Source: Thermoplasmatota archaeon (lineage in GTDB: Archaea > Thermoplasmatota > E2 > JACPAO01 > JAHFTW01). Taken from it: 64,000 bases of DNA. Below the pieces are notes generated by a model. The model saw nothing but the letters and a program-made list of their open reading frames with translations. It made no database searches and was not told the origin of the DNA. Shown here one piece after another: positions 1 to 8,474 of the stretch. The stretch lies in contig JBBSVQ010000007.1 of assembly GCA_038046725.1 (NCBI GenBank), positions 18,409 to 82,408 on the forward strand. Direction: 5' to 3'. Both the position numbers and the translations under genes were made by a program. Position 1 is the stretch's first letter. The number at the start of each line of letters is the position of its first letter.

Positions 1-711
1 GCCGTCTCCATCGCGGTCGGCGTCGCCACGCACAAACTCGCCAGCGACCTCTACGACAAGCACGGCGCCGCCTTCGAGGCCGCTGCCAGCCTCGTCGCCG
101 TCGCCATCCTGACCTACATGGTCGTGTGGATGTACAAGCACACGCAGCAGTCGATGGGCGCGCTGCACGCCAAGGCCAAGGACGCCGTCCTGTCCGGGCG
201 CTCATCCGTCCTGCTGGGCCTCGCCTTCGTCGTCGTCGTGCGCGAAGGCCTCGAGACCGTCGTCTTCGTCGCGGCCCAGGCCGGCCAGACCAGCGCGGGC
301 GGCATCGTCCTCGGACTCGCCGTCGGCATCGCAGTGAGCGTCGTCCTCGCGTTGCTGCTGTTCCGCGGCATCGTGCACCTCAGCGTCGAGCGCTTCTTCG
401 CCGTCACGGGCATCCTGCTCATCCTCGTCGGCGGCGGCCTGCTCGGCTACGCGATGCATGAGGGCGCCGAAGTCGGATGGTTCCCCGAGACGCCCCAGGC
501 CTGGGACACGTCCGGCGCGCTGCCGCACAAGTGCCCCGAATCCGGCCCCGTCGATGCCGGCTGCATCACGGGATCGTTCCTGCACGGCCTGATGGGCTAC
601 CGCGACACGCCGGCCTGGCTCGACCTCGGCGTGTGGCTCGCCTACGTCGGCGCCATGAGCGTGTGGTACCTGCGCCCCATGATGGCGCGCCGCGGCCACA
701 CCCAGGCTTGA
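1..711 (+). CDS. FTR1/EfeU-family high-affinity iron permease (5-prime end outside window)
   Basis: Frame 1 is open from base 1 to the stop at 709-711. REGLE motif (VVVREGLETVVF) and several hydrophobic helices. Confidence 0.8.
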   Translation, partial: AVSIAVGVATHKLASDLYDKHGAAFEAAASLVAVAILTYMVVWMYKHTQQSMGALHAKAKDAVLSGRSSVLLGLAFVVVVREGLETVVFVAAQAGQTSAGGIVLGLAVGIAVSVVLALLLFRGIVHLSVERFFAVTGILLILVGGGLLGYAMHEGAEVGWFPETPQAWDTSGALPHKCPESGPVDAGCITGSFLHGLMGYRDTPAWLDLGVWLAYVGAMSVWYLRPMMARRGHTQA

Positions 712-894
712 CACGGCCGACCTCGATGTTGTCCCAGGGACTCCCTGAGGGTCGACCTTAAGCCGAGGAGCGACCACATTGTGGTGCTTCACAACAGAAG
801 GCAAAGACCGCCCCGGAGCGGCCCGCCGCCCCCATCTCTATAGATTCTGGGGGGCGCAGCCAAGTCGCCGCCCGGCCAATTGCAACTCACGAAC

Positions 895-1512
895 ATGAAC
901 GACAACAACAAACTGCGCATCGCCGTCGATTTCGACGGCGTGCTCTTCGACCACGTCCCGTACGTCCTGCGCGGCTTCCGCGACCGGCTTGGCATCGACC
1001 TCGCCGCCGAAGGATTCCGCCACTGGGACTACTACCAGTACCAGCAGGTCAAGGACGCCGACTTGCCGCCCAGCCAAATCCAACGCGTGCTGCGCGACAT
1101 CGAGACCGACTTGAAACTGCACCGCGAGGCGCCGCGCGACAAGCTCGCCGGCCGCGTCATCGCCGAATGGATTGCCGCCGGCCACACCGTCGACATCGTC
1201 ACGGCCCGCAGCCGCGACGCCGAGAAGGCCACCCGCGCGTTCCTCAACGAGCACAGCATCCCCCACCACGGACTCGTGATGGAACGCTGGCTCAAGACCG
1301 GCTGGGACGTCCTCATCGACGACGCCCCGCACAATGCGCTGCTGGCCGCCGCCGACGGCACCCTGGCCCTGCTCATGGACCACCCCTACAACCGCGACGT
1401 GCCCACGCACACCAACCCGGTGCGCGTGCGCGACTGGCAAGAAGTCGCGGAACGCGTCGAGGCCCACCTCGACAAGCTCGCGGTCCATGCCCAGGCCCAG
1501 CACAGCGGTTGA
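895..1512 (+). CDS. HAD-superfamily 5-prime(3-prime)-deoxyribonucleotidase-like nucleotidase
   Basis: N-terminal IAVDFDGVL HAD motif I, TARS motif II, LIDDAP motif. ATG at 895 preferred over the TTG at 880 used by the ORF track. Confidence 0.65.
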   Translation: MNDNNKLRIAVDFDGVLFDHVPYVLRGFRDRLGIDLAAEGFRHWDYYQYQQVKDADLPPSQIQRVLRDIETDLKLHREAPRDKLAGRVIAEWIAAGHTVDIVTARSRDAEKATRAFLNEHSIPHHGLVMERWLKTGWDVLIDDAPHNALLAAADGTLALLMDHPYNRDVPTHTNPVRVRDWQEVAERVEAHLDKLAVHAQAQHSG

Positions 1513-2023
1513 AACGGCCAACCGGGTGCGGCCCGTTGGGGGGCCTTGGATTTAGCAGAAACTCTGCAAATCAAGCGGGCCCCAAGCCTTCGGTTGGCCC
1601 GCGCACGCCTTGCAATTCAGCTGATTCAGGCCGCCCGACGGCGCGCGTTCGGTGACCCGCGCCAGTGCAACGCCTTCCGCCGGCGACTCCGACGCCCACA
1701 AGACGAAAGGCATCGGCGCCCCGCGCCCATTGCATCTGGTTGGTGCCGTCGTCGGAGTCGTCACAAGGCGAAGCATTGCCGTGACTCAGGAACGGGCGCA
1801 GTCAGCCGCTTTGGGCATCCCGTGGATTGGCAGGAATCTGCTGAATCCAAGGTCCCCCAGCGGGAGCCGAAGGCCCCCAGCTGTAGCCGCCGACCAGCGG
1901 CAGGCTCAAGAACACCCTCGGGTCGGCAGGGCTGCTCCGGAAGCCACATGGTGAACTGACCCGAAGCCCAAGCCCGCAAGGGCCGGGGACGAAGGTCGGG
2001 ATACCCGGAGCGAGTTGACCCCC

Positions 2024-2428
2024 ATGGCATCCTTCAAACTCGTCATCAACGACCCCGCGACCGGGAAATCCTTCAACTTCGAAGTGACCGGCCACCACGC
2101 CCAGTCCTTCATGGGCAAGAAGATCGGCGACCAAATCGACGGCATCAACGCCAACCTGCCCGGCTACAAGCTCGCCATCACCGGCGGCTCGGACAAGGCC
2201 GGCTTCCCGATGCGCGGCGACTTCGAGGGCTCCACCCGCCGCCGCCTGCTCCTGACCGAGGGCGTCGGCTTCCACCCGAAGGACTACCCCGGCAAGCGCA
2301 AGCGCATGTCCGTCCGCGGCAACCGCGTGTCCGTCGAGATCGTCCAGGTCAACCTGAAGGTCAGCAAGGCCGGCAGCAAGCCGGTCGGCGACCACTTCGC
2401 GGCCCTCGCGCCCGCTGAGAAGAAGTAG
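2024..2428 (+). CDS. rps6e: 30S ribosomal protein S6e
   Basis: MASFKLVINDP...GSDKAGFPMRGD...KRKRMSVRGN is the S6e signature. ATG at 2024 inside ORF 2015-2428. Confidence 0.9.
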   Translation: MASFKLVINDPATGKSFNFEVTGHHAQSFMGKKIGDQIDGINANLPGYKLAITGGSDKAGFPMRGDFEGSTRRRLLLTEGVGFHPKDYPGKRKRMSVRGNRVSVEIVQVNLKVSKAGSKPVGDHFAALAPAEKK

Positions 2429-2457
2429 GACCGAAAAGCCCGCAGGGTTTTTCGGTC
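2429..2457 (+). terminator. Hairpin with embedded T5 run directly after rps6e stop
   Basis: gaccgaaaagccc / gggtttttcggtc forms a 13-bp stem with one mismatch and a 3-nt loop. T5 at 2448-2452. It starts 1 nt after the TAG at 2426-2428. Confidence 0.55.
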
Positions 2458-2824
2458 TCTAGGCCACGCCCGCAGGGCGGCGCCGTCCGCATCGGACCTA
2501 GCTTGGGCGAACACAGATTCCCCAGACAAATTGGGGCTTGCCTGGCGTTCCAGTGAGAAGCCCACAGATTCATCCTTGGTGTCATCGATCTCTGGCTGAA
2601 GCCAAACCTTCCATGCTTGACCGAGACGCCCCAAATACCTCCGGGCGAGTCTGGGCGGCATGGACGACATCTTCGCACCGCCCACCCGCGCGGAACTCGT
2701 CTGGACCCTGCTCGGCATCGCCGCCGTAGCCATCCTGGCGCACTTTGCCGTGCCCCTCATCGCATCCTAAGGCAAATTCGCGCTCTCAGGTAGGGTTTTC
2801 TCCAGGACCTCCGTCGCGCGCCCC

Positions 2825-4096
2825 GTGGCAGCCAAGAAGGCCGTGACCGAATCCATGACGGAGGGCGCAGCCTTCGAGCAGCCCGAGGTCAACATCGGCC
2901 TCATCGGCCACGTCGACCACGGCAAGACGACGCTCACCAAGGCGCTGTCCGGCACGTGGACCGACACGCACTCCGAGGAAGTCAAGCGCGGCATCAGCAT
3001 CAAGCTGGGCTACGCCGACACCACGTTCTACAAGGGCAAGGACAAGGACGGCGCCGACTTCTACTCCACGAAGCCCGACGACGTCCGCCTCGCCGGAACG
3101 CCCGCCAAGTTGCGCCGCGTCTCCTTCGTCGACGCCCCCGGCCACGAGACCCTCATGGCCACGATGCTGTCCGGAGCCGCCCTCATGGACGGCGCACTCC
3201 TGCTCGTCGCCGCCAACGAGAAGTGCCCGCAGCCACAGACGCGCGAGCACCTGATGGCCCTGCAACTCGCCGGCGTCAAGACCATCGTCATCGTCCAGAA
3301 CAAGATCGACCTCGTCGACGAGAAGCGCGCCCTGCAAAACTACGAGGAAATCAAGGCCTTCGTCAAGGGCACGGTCGCGGCGGGGGCCCCCATCATCCCC
3401 ATTTCGGCGCACCACGACGTCAACATCTCGGCCCTCATCGAGGCCATCGAGAAGACGATTCCCACGCCGACGCACGACCCCAAGGCGGACCCCCTCCTGC
3501 TCGTTGCGCGTTCCTTCGACATCAACAAGCCCGGCACGCGCCCCGAGAAACTCAAGGGCGGCGTCCTGGGCGGCTCCATCATGCGCGGCGCCGTGCGCGT
3601 CGGCGACGACATCGAAATCATGCCCGGCCTGCGCGTCGAGCAGGGCGACAAGGCCACCTACGTGCCGCTGCGCACCAAGGTCGTGAGCCTCATGGTCGGG
3701 ACGCAAGCCGTCGAATCAGCCGGCCCCGGCGGCCTGCTGGCCATCGGCACCGAGCTCGACCCGTCCGTCACCAAGGCCGACAACCTCGTCGGCCGCGTGC
3801 TCGGCCACCCGGGCAAGCTGCCCAAGACCGTCGACCGCATCACGATGCAGGTCCACCTTTTGGAGCGCGTCGTCGGCGCCGAGGACGAGTCGGCCGTCGA
3901 GCCCATCAAGATCAAGGAGCCGCTCATGCTCAACGCGGGAACGGCCACGACTGTCGGCATGGTCCTGAAGTCCGCCAACGACGTCGTCGATGCCGTGCTC
4001 AAGCTGCCGGTGCCCGTCGTGCCCAACCAGCGCATCGCCGTGTCGCGCCGCGTTGGCGGCCGCTGGCGCCTCATCGGCTACGGGATCCTCAAGTGA
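2825..4096 (+). CDS. eif2g: Translation initiation factor aIF2 gamma subunit
   Basis: GHVDHGKTTL G1 motif, DAPGHE, NKIDL, zinc-knuckle-less EF-Tu-like domains II/III. GTG start at 2825, alternative ATG at 2855. Confidence 0.95.
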   Translation: MAAKKAVTESMTEGAAFEQPEVNIGLIGHVDHGKTTLTKALSGTWTDTHSEEVKRGISIKLGYADTTFYKGKDKDGADFYSTKPDDVRLAGTPAKLRRVSFVDAPGHETLMATMLSGAALMDGALLLVAANEKCPQPQTREHLMALQLAGVKTIVIVQNKIDLVDEKRALQNYEEIKAFVKGTVAAGAPIIPISAHHDVNISALIEAIEKTIPTPTHDPKADPLLLVARSFDINKPGTRPEKLKGGVLGGSIMRGAVRVGDDIEIMPGLRVEQGDKATYVPLRTKVVSLMVGTQAVESAGPGGLLAIGTELDPSVTKADNLVGRVLGHPGKLPKTVDRITMQVHLLERVVGAEDESAVEPIKIKEPLMLNAGTATTVGMVLKSANDVVDAVLKLPVPVVPNQRIAVSRRVGGRWRLIGYGILK

Positions 4097-4491
4097 CGCG
4101 CGCCGTCGTCTTCGACACCAACGCGCTCCTGCTGCCGTTCGCCAATGGAACCAAGCTCGAGGATGAGATCCTGACGCTTCTCGGCGCCACCGAGTGGCTC
4201 GTACCATCGAGCGTGATGGTCGAACTCAAGACGCTGGCGCACAAGGGCGAGGGTGCAACGATGCGGCACGCCAAGATGGCCGTCAAGTACGCCGAACGCT
4301 GCAAGGTCGTCACGACGAAGCTCGCCGGCGACGACGGTCTGCTTGACGTTGCCCGCAGCCACAAGGCAGCCGTCGTGACCAACGACAAGACGCTGCAAGA
4401 GGAATGCGTGCGCTCCGGCCTCACGGTCATCGTGGCGCGCGAGAACGGCCGCCGGCTCGCCATCAAGGGCGCGGCTGCTGGTCCGTTCTAG
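4093..4491 (+). CDS. PIN-domain protein (Fcf1/COG1412-like) coupled to aIF2-gamma
   Basis: GTG at 4093 overlaps the aIF2-gamma TGA (GTGA). VVFDTNALL...VTNDKTLQEE matches PIN acidic motifs. It is the C-terminal part of track ORF 2956-4491. Confidence 0.8.
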   Translation: MTRAVVFDTNALLLPFANGTKLEDEILTLLGATEWLVPSSVMVELKTLAHKGEGATMRHAKMAVKYAERCKVVTTKLAGDDGLLDVARSHKAAVVTNDKTLQEECVRSGLTVIVARENGRRLAIKGAAAGPF

Positions 4492-4511
4492 GTTTCGCGC
4501 AGCTCACTCCG

Positions 4512-4586
4512 CCCAAACAGGGATTCCGGTGATCTCGGTGATGCTAGCTTCGGGATCACCGCGCATCACCGGAATCCCTGTTTGGG
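4512..4586. repeat. Perfect 22-bp inverted repeat (long hairpin) between convergent genes
   Basis: cccaaacagggattccggtgat (4512-4533) is the exact reverse complement of atcaccggaatccctgtttggg (4565-4586). A nested ggtgatc/gatcacc pair lies inside the spacer. Confidence 0.55.
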
Positions 4587-4591
4587 AGTCG

Positions 4592-4900
4592 TCAGCGCAG
4601 TTGGCGGCGAGGCAGCGGCATGGGCTGCGGGCCGCGCCCGCGCAGGCGCTTGGCCGCCGAGCGGCGCAACTGCGAATCGACGAGCAGGGGCAGCACCGTC
4701 AGCACGGCGAAGATGCTGATGGCGGACACGACGGTGCCTTGGAAGCGGTACCACAGCCCGAAGCCGATGGCGAGGACCACGATGAGGATGGCTGTGCGCG
4801 CCTCGCTGCGAGCGGACTCAAGGAGGATCTCGGAAGCCACCGCGGGGTCGAGTTCGGATTCCCCGTACCGGAAGACGCCGGTGACGAGGGACTTGGCCAC
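4592..4900 (-). CDS. Hypothetical small membrane protein (2 predicted TM helices)
   Basis: 102-aa ORF with two hydrophobic stretches (ILIVVLAIGFGLW, VVSAISIFAVLTVLPLLV). No recognisable family. Confidence 0.35.
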   Translation of the reverse strand: MAKSLVTGVFRYGESELDPAVASEILLESARSEARTAILIVVLAIGFGLWYRFQGTVVSAISIFAVLTVLPLLVDSQLRRSAAKRLRGRGPQPMPLPRRQLR

Positions 4901-5045
4901 GCCTCACCAAGACCGCCGTTGGGGAAAAGGGCTGCGGATGCTGGAAGGCCAATGGATGTGCGACTTCACCGACCCCGTGGTTTCAGTCAAGGCAACCGGC
5001 CGCATGGACAGATTGATGAACTTGGCAAGCGTATACGGCGTATAC

Positions 5046-5276
5046 ATGACAAAGATGGTCCAGTTGTCGGAGGACGCTTACGTCCGCCTGCGTAGCGTGA
5101 AGAAGTCTGACGAGTCGTTTTCTGACACGGTCATCCGCCTCGTGCGCGGCCAGGCGCGGCGCGTTCCGCTGCAGGGCCTCAAGTCGATGCGAACCGACGC
5201 CGAACGGGACGCGCATCTGCGCTGGATCAAGGAAGTCGACGCTCTCGACAAGCCGAAGCGCTTGCCCCGGAAGTGA
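5046..5276 (+). CDS. vapB: VapB-type antitoxin (archaeal DUF217-like)
   Basis: MTKMVQLSEDAYVRLRSVKKSDESFSDTVIRL matches the archaeal VapB antitoxin N-terminal pattern. It ends 4 nt before the PIN toxin gene. It is an internal ATG of track ORF 4620-5276. Confidence 0.7.
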   Translation: MTKMVQLSEDAYVRLRSVKKSDESFSDTVIRLVRGQARRVPLQGLKSMRTDAERDAHLRWIKEVDALDKPKRLPRK

Positions 5277-5280
5277 CGCC

Positions 5281-5661
5281 ATGGCCGTCCTCGATACGAA
5301 CTTCCTCATCGCGCTTGAGCGCCAAGACCCGAAGGCCATCGCCAAAGTCGACGACCTCGTCAAGTCCGCGGCTCACCTGCGGATTCCCGCGGCGGCCTGG
5401 GTCGAGTATCTGTCCGGGGTCTCGTCCAAGCGTCGCCACGCCGCCCAGGCCGACCTGGACGAAACCTGCGTCTTCGAGCCCTTCACCCGGGACCAGGCAA
5501 TCATCGCGGTGCGGCTCCAGTTGGACTTGATGGAACGCGGGGCACGCATGAGCTGGAACGATCTTCAGATTGCGGCGGCCGCCTTGCACTTTGACGAGCA
5601 GGTCGTTTCCCGGGACGCGGCCTTCGACGACGTCACCGGATTGGTCCGTGTGGCCTTCTGA
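5281..5661 (+). CDS. vapC: VapC PIN-domain toxin
   Basis: MAVLDTNFLIAL (first PIN Asp), later conserved acidic positions (WNDLQIAAAA, SRDAAFD). 126 aa, immediately downstream of the antitoxin. Confidence 0.85.
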   Translation: MAVLDTNFLIALERQDPKAIAKVDDLVKSAAHLRIPAAAWVEYLSGVSSKRRHAAQADLDETCVFEPFTRDQAIIAVRLQLDLMERGARMSWNDLQIAAAALHFDEQVVSRDAAFDDVTGLVRVAF

Positions 5662-5693
5662 AAGGTCTTGAGCACGACCCGCGTCGCCCAATC

Positions 5694-6332
5694 GTGCAGA
5701 CCCGGCTCTGGTTCACCCGCCACGGCGAAGTGGAAGCGCCTTGGGTCGGGACCTTCGTCGGCACCAAGGACGTCGCCTTGAGCGACCTCGGCCGCCACCA
5801 GGCGGAGGCCATCGCCAAGTACCTGGAGGACGCCCCCGTCGACGCCATCGTCAGCAGTCCACGCAAGCGTGCCCTGGACACAATCTCCCCCCTCGCGCGC
5901 GCCAAGGGCCTCAAACTCGACGTCCGCAAGAACCTGGGCGAAATGGACTTCGGCGCCTGGGAGGGACTCGACTGGCCCGCCATCCAGCAACGCGACCCCG
6001 ACGTGGCCCGCGAATGGGCCGCCGACCCCGCCAAGGTCCCCTGCCCGAGTGGCGAGAGCTGCGACCTGTTCTTCGAGCGCTGCAGCGCGGAGATCGGGAA
6101 ACTCGTGGAGGAGTACAAGGGCCGCACCGTCGTGCTGTCCGGCCACGCCGGCGTCAACCGCTGCATCCTGGGAACCGTCCTCAAGCGCCCCTACCTGGAT
6201 TGCTTCGCCTTCGCCCAGGACTACGGCTGCATCAACGCCGCCGGCTGGGGAGCGGATGGCTTCGGGCAGATTGCATTGGTGAACTTCGTTCCGGGGCCGC
6301 GGGCTGCGAAGCAGGGCGATTCGGTGGAGTAG
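5694..6332 (+). CDS. Histidine phosphatase family protein (phosphoglycerate mutase/CobC-like)
   Basis: RHGE catalytic motif near the N-terminus (FTRHGEV), SSPRKRA, LSGHAGV. GTG start. Confidence 0.85.
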   Translation: MQTRLWFTRHGEVEAPWVGTFVGTKDVALSDLGRHQAEAIAKYLEDAPVDAIVSSPRKRALDTISPLARAKGLKLDVRKNLGEMDFGAWEGLDWPAIQQRDPDVAREWAADPAKVPCPSGESCDLFFERCSAEIGKLVEEYKGRTVVLSGHAGVNRCILGTVLKRPYLDCFAFAQDYGCINAAGWGADGFGQIALVNFVPGPRAAKQGDSVE

Positions 6333-6622
6333 TCCGGGCTCCCCCTTCGCGTCCTTGACACGGCCCATCGCTTGTTTGGCAAGCCATTCGAGTTCCTGCA
6401 TGGCACTCACTGTCTTGGTGTTCGTCGCAGAATCGCGCCACAGCCGCACAGCGCGAACCGCAGCCTTGGCTAGGTCTTCCATGCTGTCGGATGTGCGGCG
6501 GTGCAGAACAAGAAATCGAAGGGGTTGGCGGATTCGCTGAAACCTGTTTCCGTGGAGGACTTTCACGTGGTTTCGCGACCTCGCCGCCGTGGACTTGGCT
6601 TTGCAGGTCGTACGCGTCGGCC

Positions 6623-6826
6623 ATGCGGCAGAAAATGGATGTCGTAGAGCTGAAGTCGACCGCGAACGGGTACGAGTTCACGCTGCGAGGCCAGGAGTTC
6701 CGGCTGCGGTTCGAGGATGGGGCCTGGAGGCTGCGCTCGCCGGGCCAACCGGACGTCTCGGCGTTGTTCGAGTCGTTCAATGAGGCGATGAACTTCGCTT
6801 TGGAGAACGGCCCGTTCGATAACTAG
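6623..6826 (+). CDS. Hypothetical small protein
   Basis: 67-aa internal-ATG product of ORF 6491-6826 (MRQKMDVVELKSTANGYEFTLRGQEF...) with balanced composition. No family recognised. Confidence 0.3.
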   Translation: MRQKMDVVELKSTANGYEFTLRGQEFRLRFEDGAWRLRSPGQPDVSALFESFNEAMNFALENGPFDN

Positions 6827-6986
6827 GGTCTCGGGCAACTTCGATTGTCCAATTTCTGCCACAAGGACACGTGGATTGCCAAATCCATCCGCGATAATCC
6901 TTGGTGTCCTCGATGAGCCCAAGCTTCAGAATGCGGCCGCAAGGGCAACCCACTTCGGGGACCAACATGCCTCCGAATATCCCCAA
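6777..6986 (-). CDS. Hypothetical small CPCG...CPCG (zinc-ribbon-like) protein
   Basis: 69-aa ORF starting 29 nt downstream of the DpnI-like stop. Contains GCPCGR and TCPCGR pairs. Its 3-prime end overlaps ORF 6623-6826 by 50 nt, so both may not be real. Confidence 0.25.
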   Translation of the reverse strand: MGIFGGMLVPEVGCPCGRILKLGLIEDTKDYRGWIWQSTCPCGRNWTIEVARDPSYRTGRSPKRSSSPH

Positions 6987-7014
6987 GTCTCTACGTGCTT
7001 GTCCTAGAGGTCAG

Positions 7015-7791
7015 TCAAAGGCGCCTGTATGTGCCGGGCACCACGCGCTCGATGACGCCGCCGGCGACGAGTACCTGAAGTTGTTGGCGAACCTTGGGTC
7101 GAACATTGCGATTCTTGGGGTGGAGGGCCTGGAGCTTGTCCTCGCATCCGTACACATCAGTCAAGGTGAATTGACTGCCTGAACGCAAGGCGAGGTCGTC
7201 CAGACACGAAAGCACGTCCGTCACCCATCCACGTTTCTCGGCTCCAAGGGCTCGCAGAAAGGAAAGCTCGGCGAACTGTTTGCGAACGGCTGCCTTCTTG
7301 GCAAGCCGGCCGTCGGCAACGACTGCAATCTTTCCGACCCGAGGGATTCGGTCCAGGTGGAGGTTCGACCCGATCCAGCCGGCGCGTCGGGCCGTCGCCT
7401 TGAGCGGCTTGCGCTTCGACACGACGCTGAGCGTCATGAAATGGCCCGGGACCCAGACCAGGTCGTTGACGAGCAACGCATCGCGGTCATAGGCCATGAA
7501 ACAATAGTCGGGAGCCCGCCCGGCAAGAATTGCGGCCCGCTTCTTCTCGTATGCAGAATTGCTCACGGTCGAAGCCAGCCGGCCATGCTTGGCCTTGAGT
7601 TGCACGCGGCGAGAGCAGGTCGGACACTGGTAGTCCTCAACCGCCCGGTTGGGCTCGTGGGCTGTGAGGCGGTTGGAAGCGCAAGCGAGGCAGAACAGGT
7701 TCCCCTCGGCCCAGCCTTCAGTGACCTTGCGGGCCCACTGGCTCTTGCTTGTGAAGTGGTCGCCGAGTCGGCCATCCAATGCAAGGTTCAC
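7015..7791 (-). CDS. DpnI-family (Dam-replacing family) methyl-directed restriction endonuclease
   Basis: Colinear with DpnI: KSQWARKVTEGW, CLAC/CPTC cysteine pairs, VQLKAKHG, RKPLKATARRAGWIGSN, C-terminal winged-helix VRQQLQVLVAGGVIERV...YRRL. Confidence 0.85.
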   Translation of the reverse strand: MNLALDGRLGDHFTSKSQWARKVTEGWAEGNLFCLACASNRLTAHEPNRAVEDYQCPTCSRRVQLKAKHGRLASTVSNSAYEKKRAAILAGRAPDYCFMAYDRDALLVNDLVWVPGHFMTLSVVSKRKPLKATARRAGWIGSNLHLDRIPRVGKIAVVADGRLAKKAAVRKQFAELSFLRALGAEKRGWVTDVLSCLDDLALRSGSQFTLTDVYGCEDKLQALHPKNRNVRPKVRQQLQVLVAGGVIERVVPGTYRRL

Positions 7792-8282
7792 TTTGGCCGG
7801 CCCCGCAAGTTGACTTGGAATTGGATGCGCCGCTTGCTGGTCCGTTGTTCGACTTCATTGAGCGTCAGCAGGACGAAGAACGGCGGCTTCCCCTCCGAAG
7901 GCGACAAGACCACGAAGGCGAACTTGTAGCGGTCGCCGAGCCTTGCAGCAAGCTTGTATTCGTTCTCGGTGGCCCCAAAGAAGAAGCCGTACAGGTTGTC
8001 ATCCTCGATGGCCTTCTTCGTGGCCTTGACCTCGACCAACCGGACTCCGTCGATGTGCTCATGCACGTTTTCTGCGGTGAGAGGCGGGGTTGGCACGTCC
8101 GTCTGGATGAGGTCGAAGGCGCGAGCCGAGAACTGCTCCACCCCCAGCAATTCCAGGATGCGTTTTCGCGTGGCCGAATCCGGACGCTGGAACGCAGAAT
8201 CGCGCTTGAGGAGCACGTCGAGGGCCGCGTCCTCCTTGACGTTGTTGAGCTTCGTCTTGCCGTACGAAGCCTCCCGACTCAT
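7788..8282 (-). CDS. PD-(D/E)xK nuclease-fold protein, DUF3883-like
   Basis: 164 aa. AFDLIQTD ... LVEVKATKK (D...ExK) followed by GATENEYKLAARLGDRYKFAFVV, resembling the DUF3883 C-terminal pattern. Its stop overlaps the DpnI-like start by 4 nt. Confidence 0.6.
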   Translation of the reverse strand: MSREASYGKTKLNNVKEDAALDVLLKRDSAFQRPDSATRKRILELLGVEQFSARAFDLIQTDVPTPPLTAENVHEHIDGVRLVEVKATKKAIEDDNLYGFFFGATENEYKLAARLGDRYKFAFVVLSPSEGKPPFFVLLTLNEVEQRTSKRRIQFQVNLRGRPK

Positions 8283-8474
8283 TCAGTCGTTTCAGCCAAG
8301 CGAGATCCATAGATCTGCCGATCACCGGGACTTCGAGGCGCGCGAAGCGCCGCCGAGTCCGGGCCGTAGCCGGCCGAAGGCCGCTGCGGCCCCAGGGGTG
8401 TCGGGGGCGAAGCCCCTGACGCCGACGCCCGCCCGGGGCGCATCAGTGCTCCGGGCGCTAGGAGGCGCCGTAGG

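Larger units (their letters stand above)
6340..8474. mobile_element. Putative small genomic islet (lower GC) inserted next to the 3-prime end of tRNA-Ser
   Basis: Visibly lower GC and lower GC3 than the flanks. It abuts the 3-prime end of tRNA-Ser (8475) and carries restriction-type genes. No integrase or clear direct repeat was seen, so mobility is inferred only. Confidence 0.35.

Noticed and set aside
5565-6566. 333-aa minus-strand ORF whose N-terminal part (6340-6566) lies in the islet and looks protein-like
   Set aside because: It has no stop until 5565, so it would fully overlap the well-supported histidine phosphatase gene. At most it is a truncated remnant.
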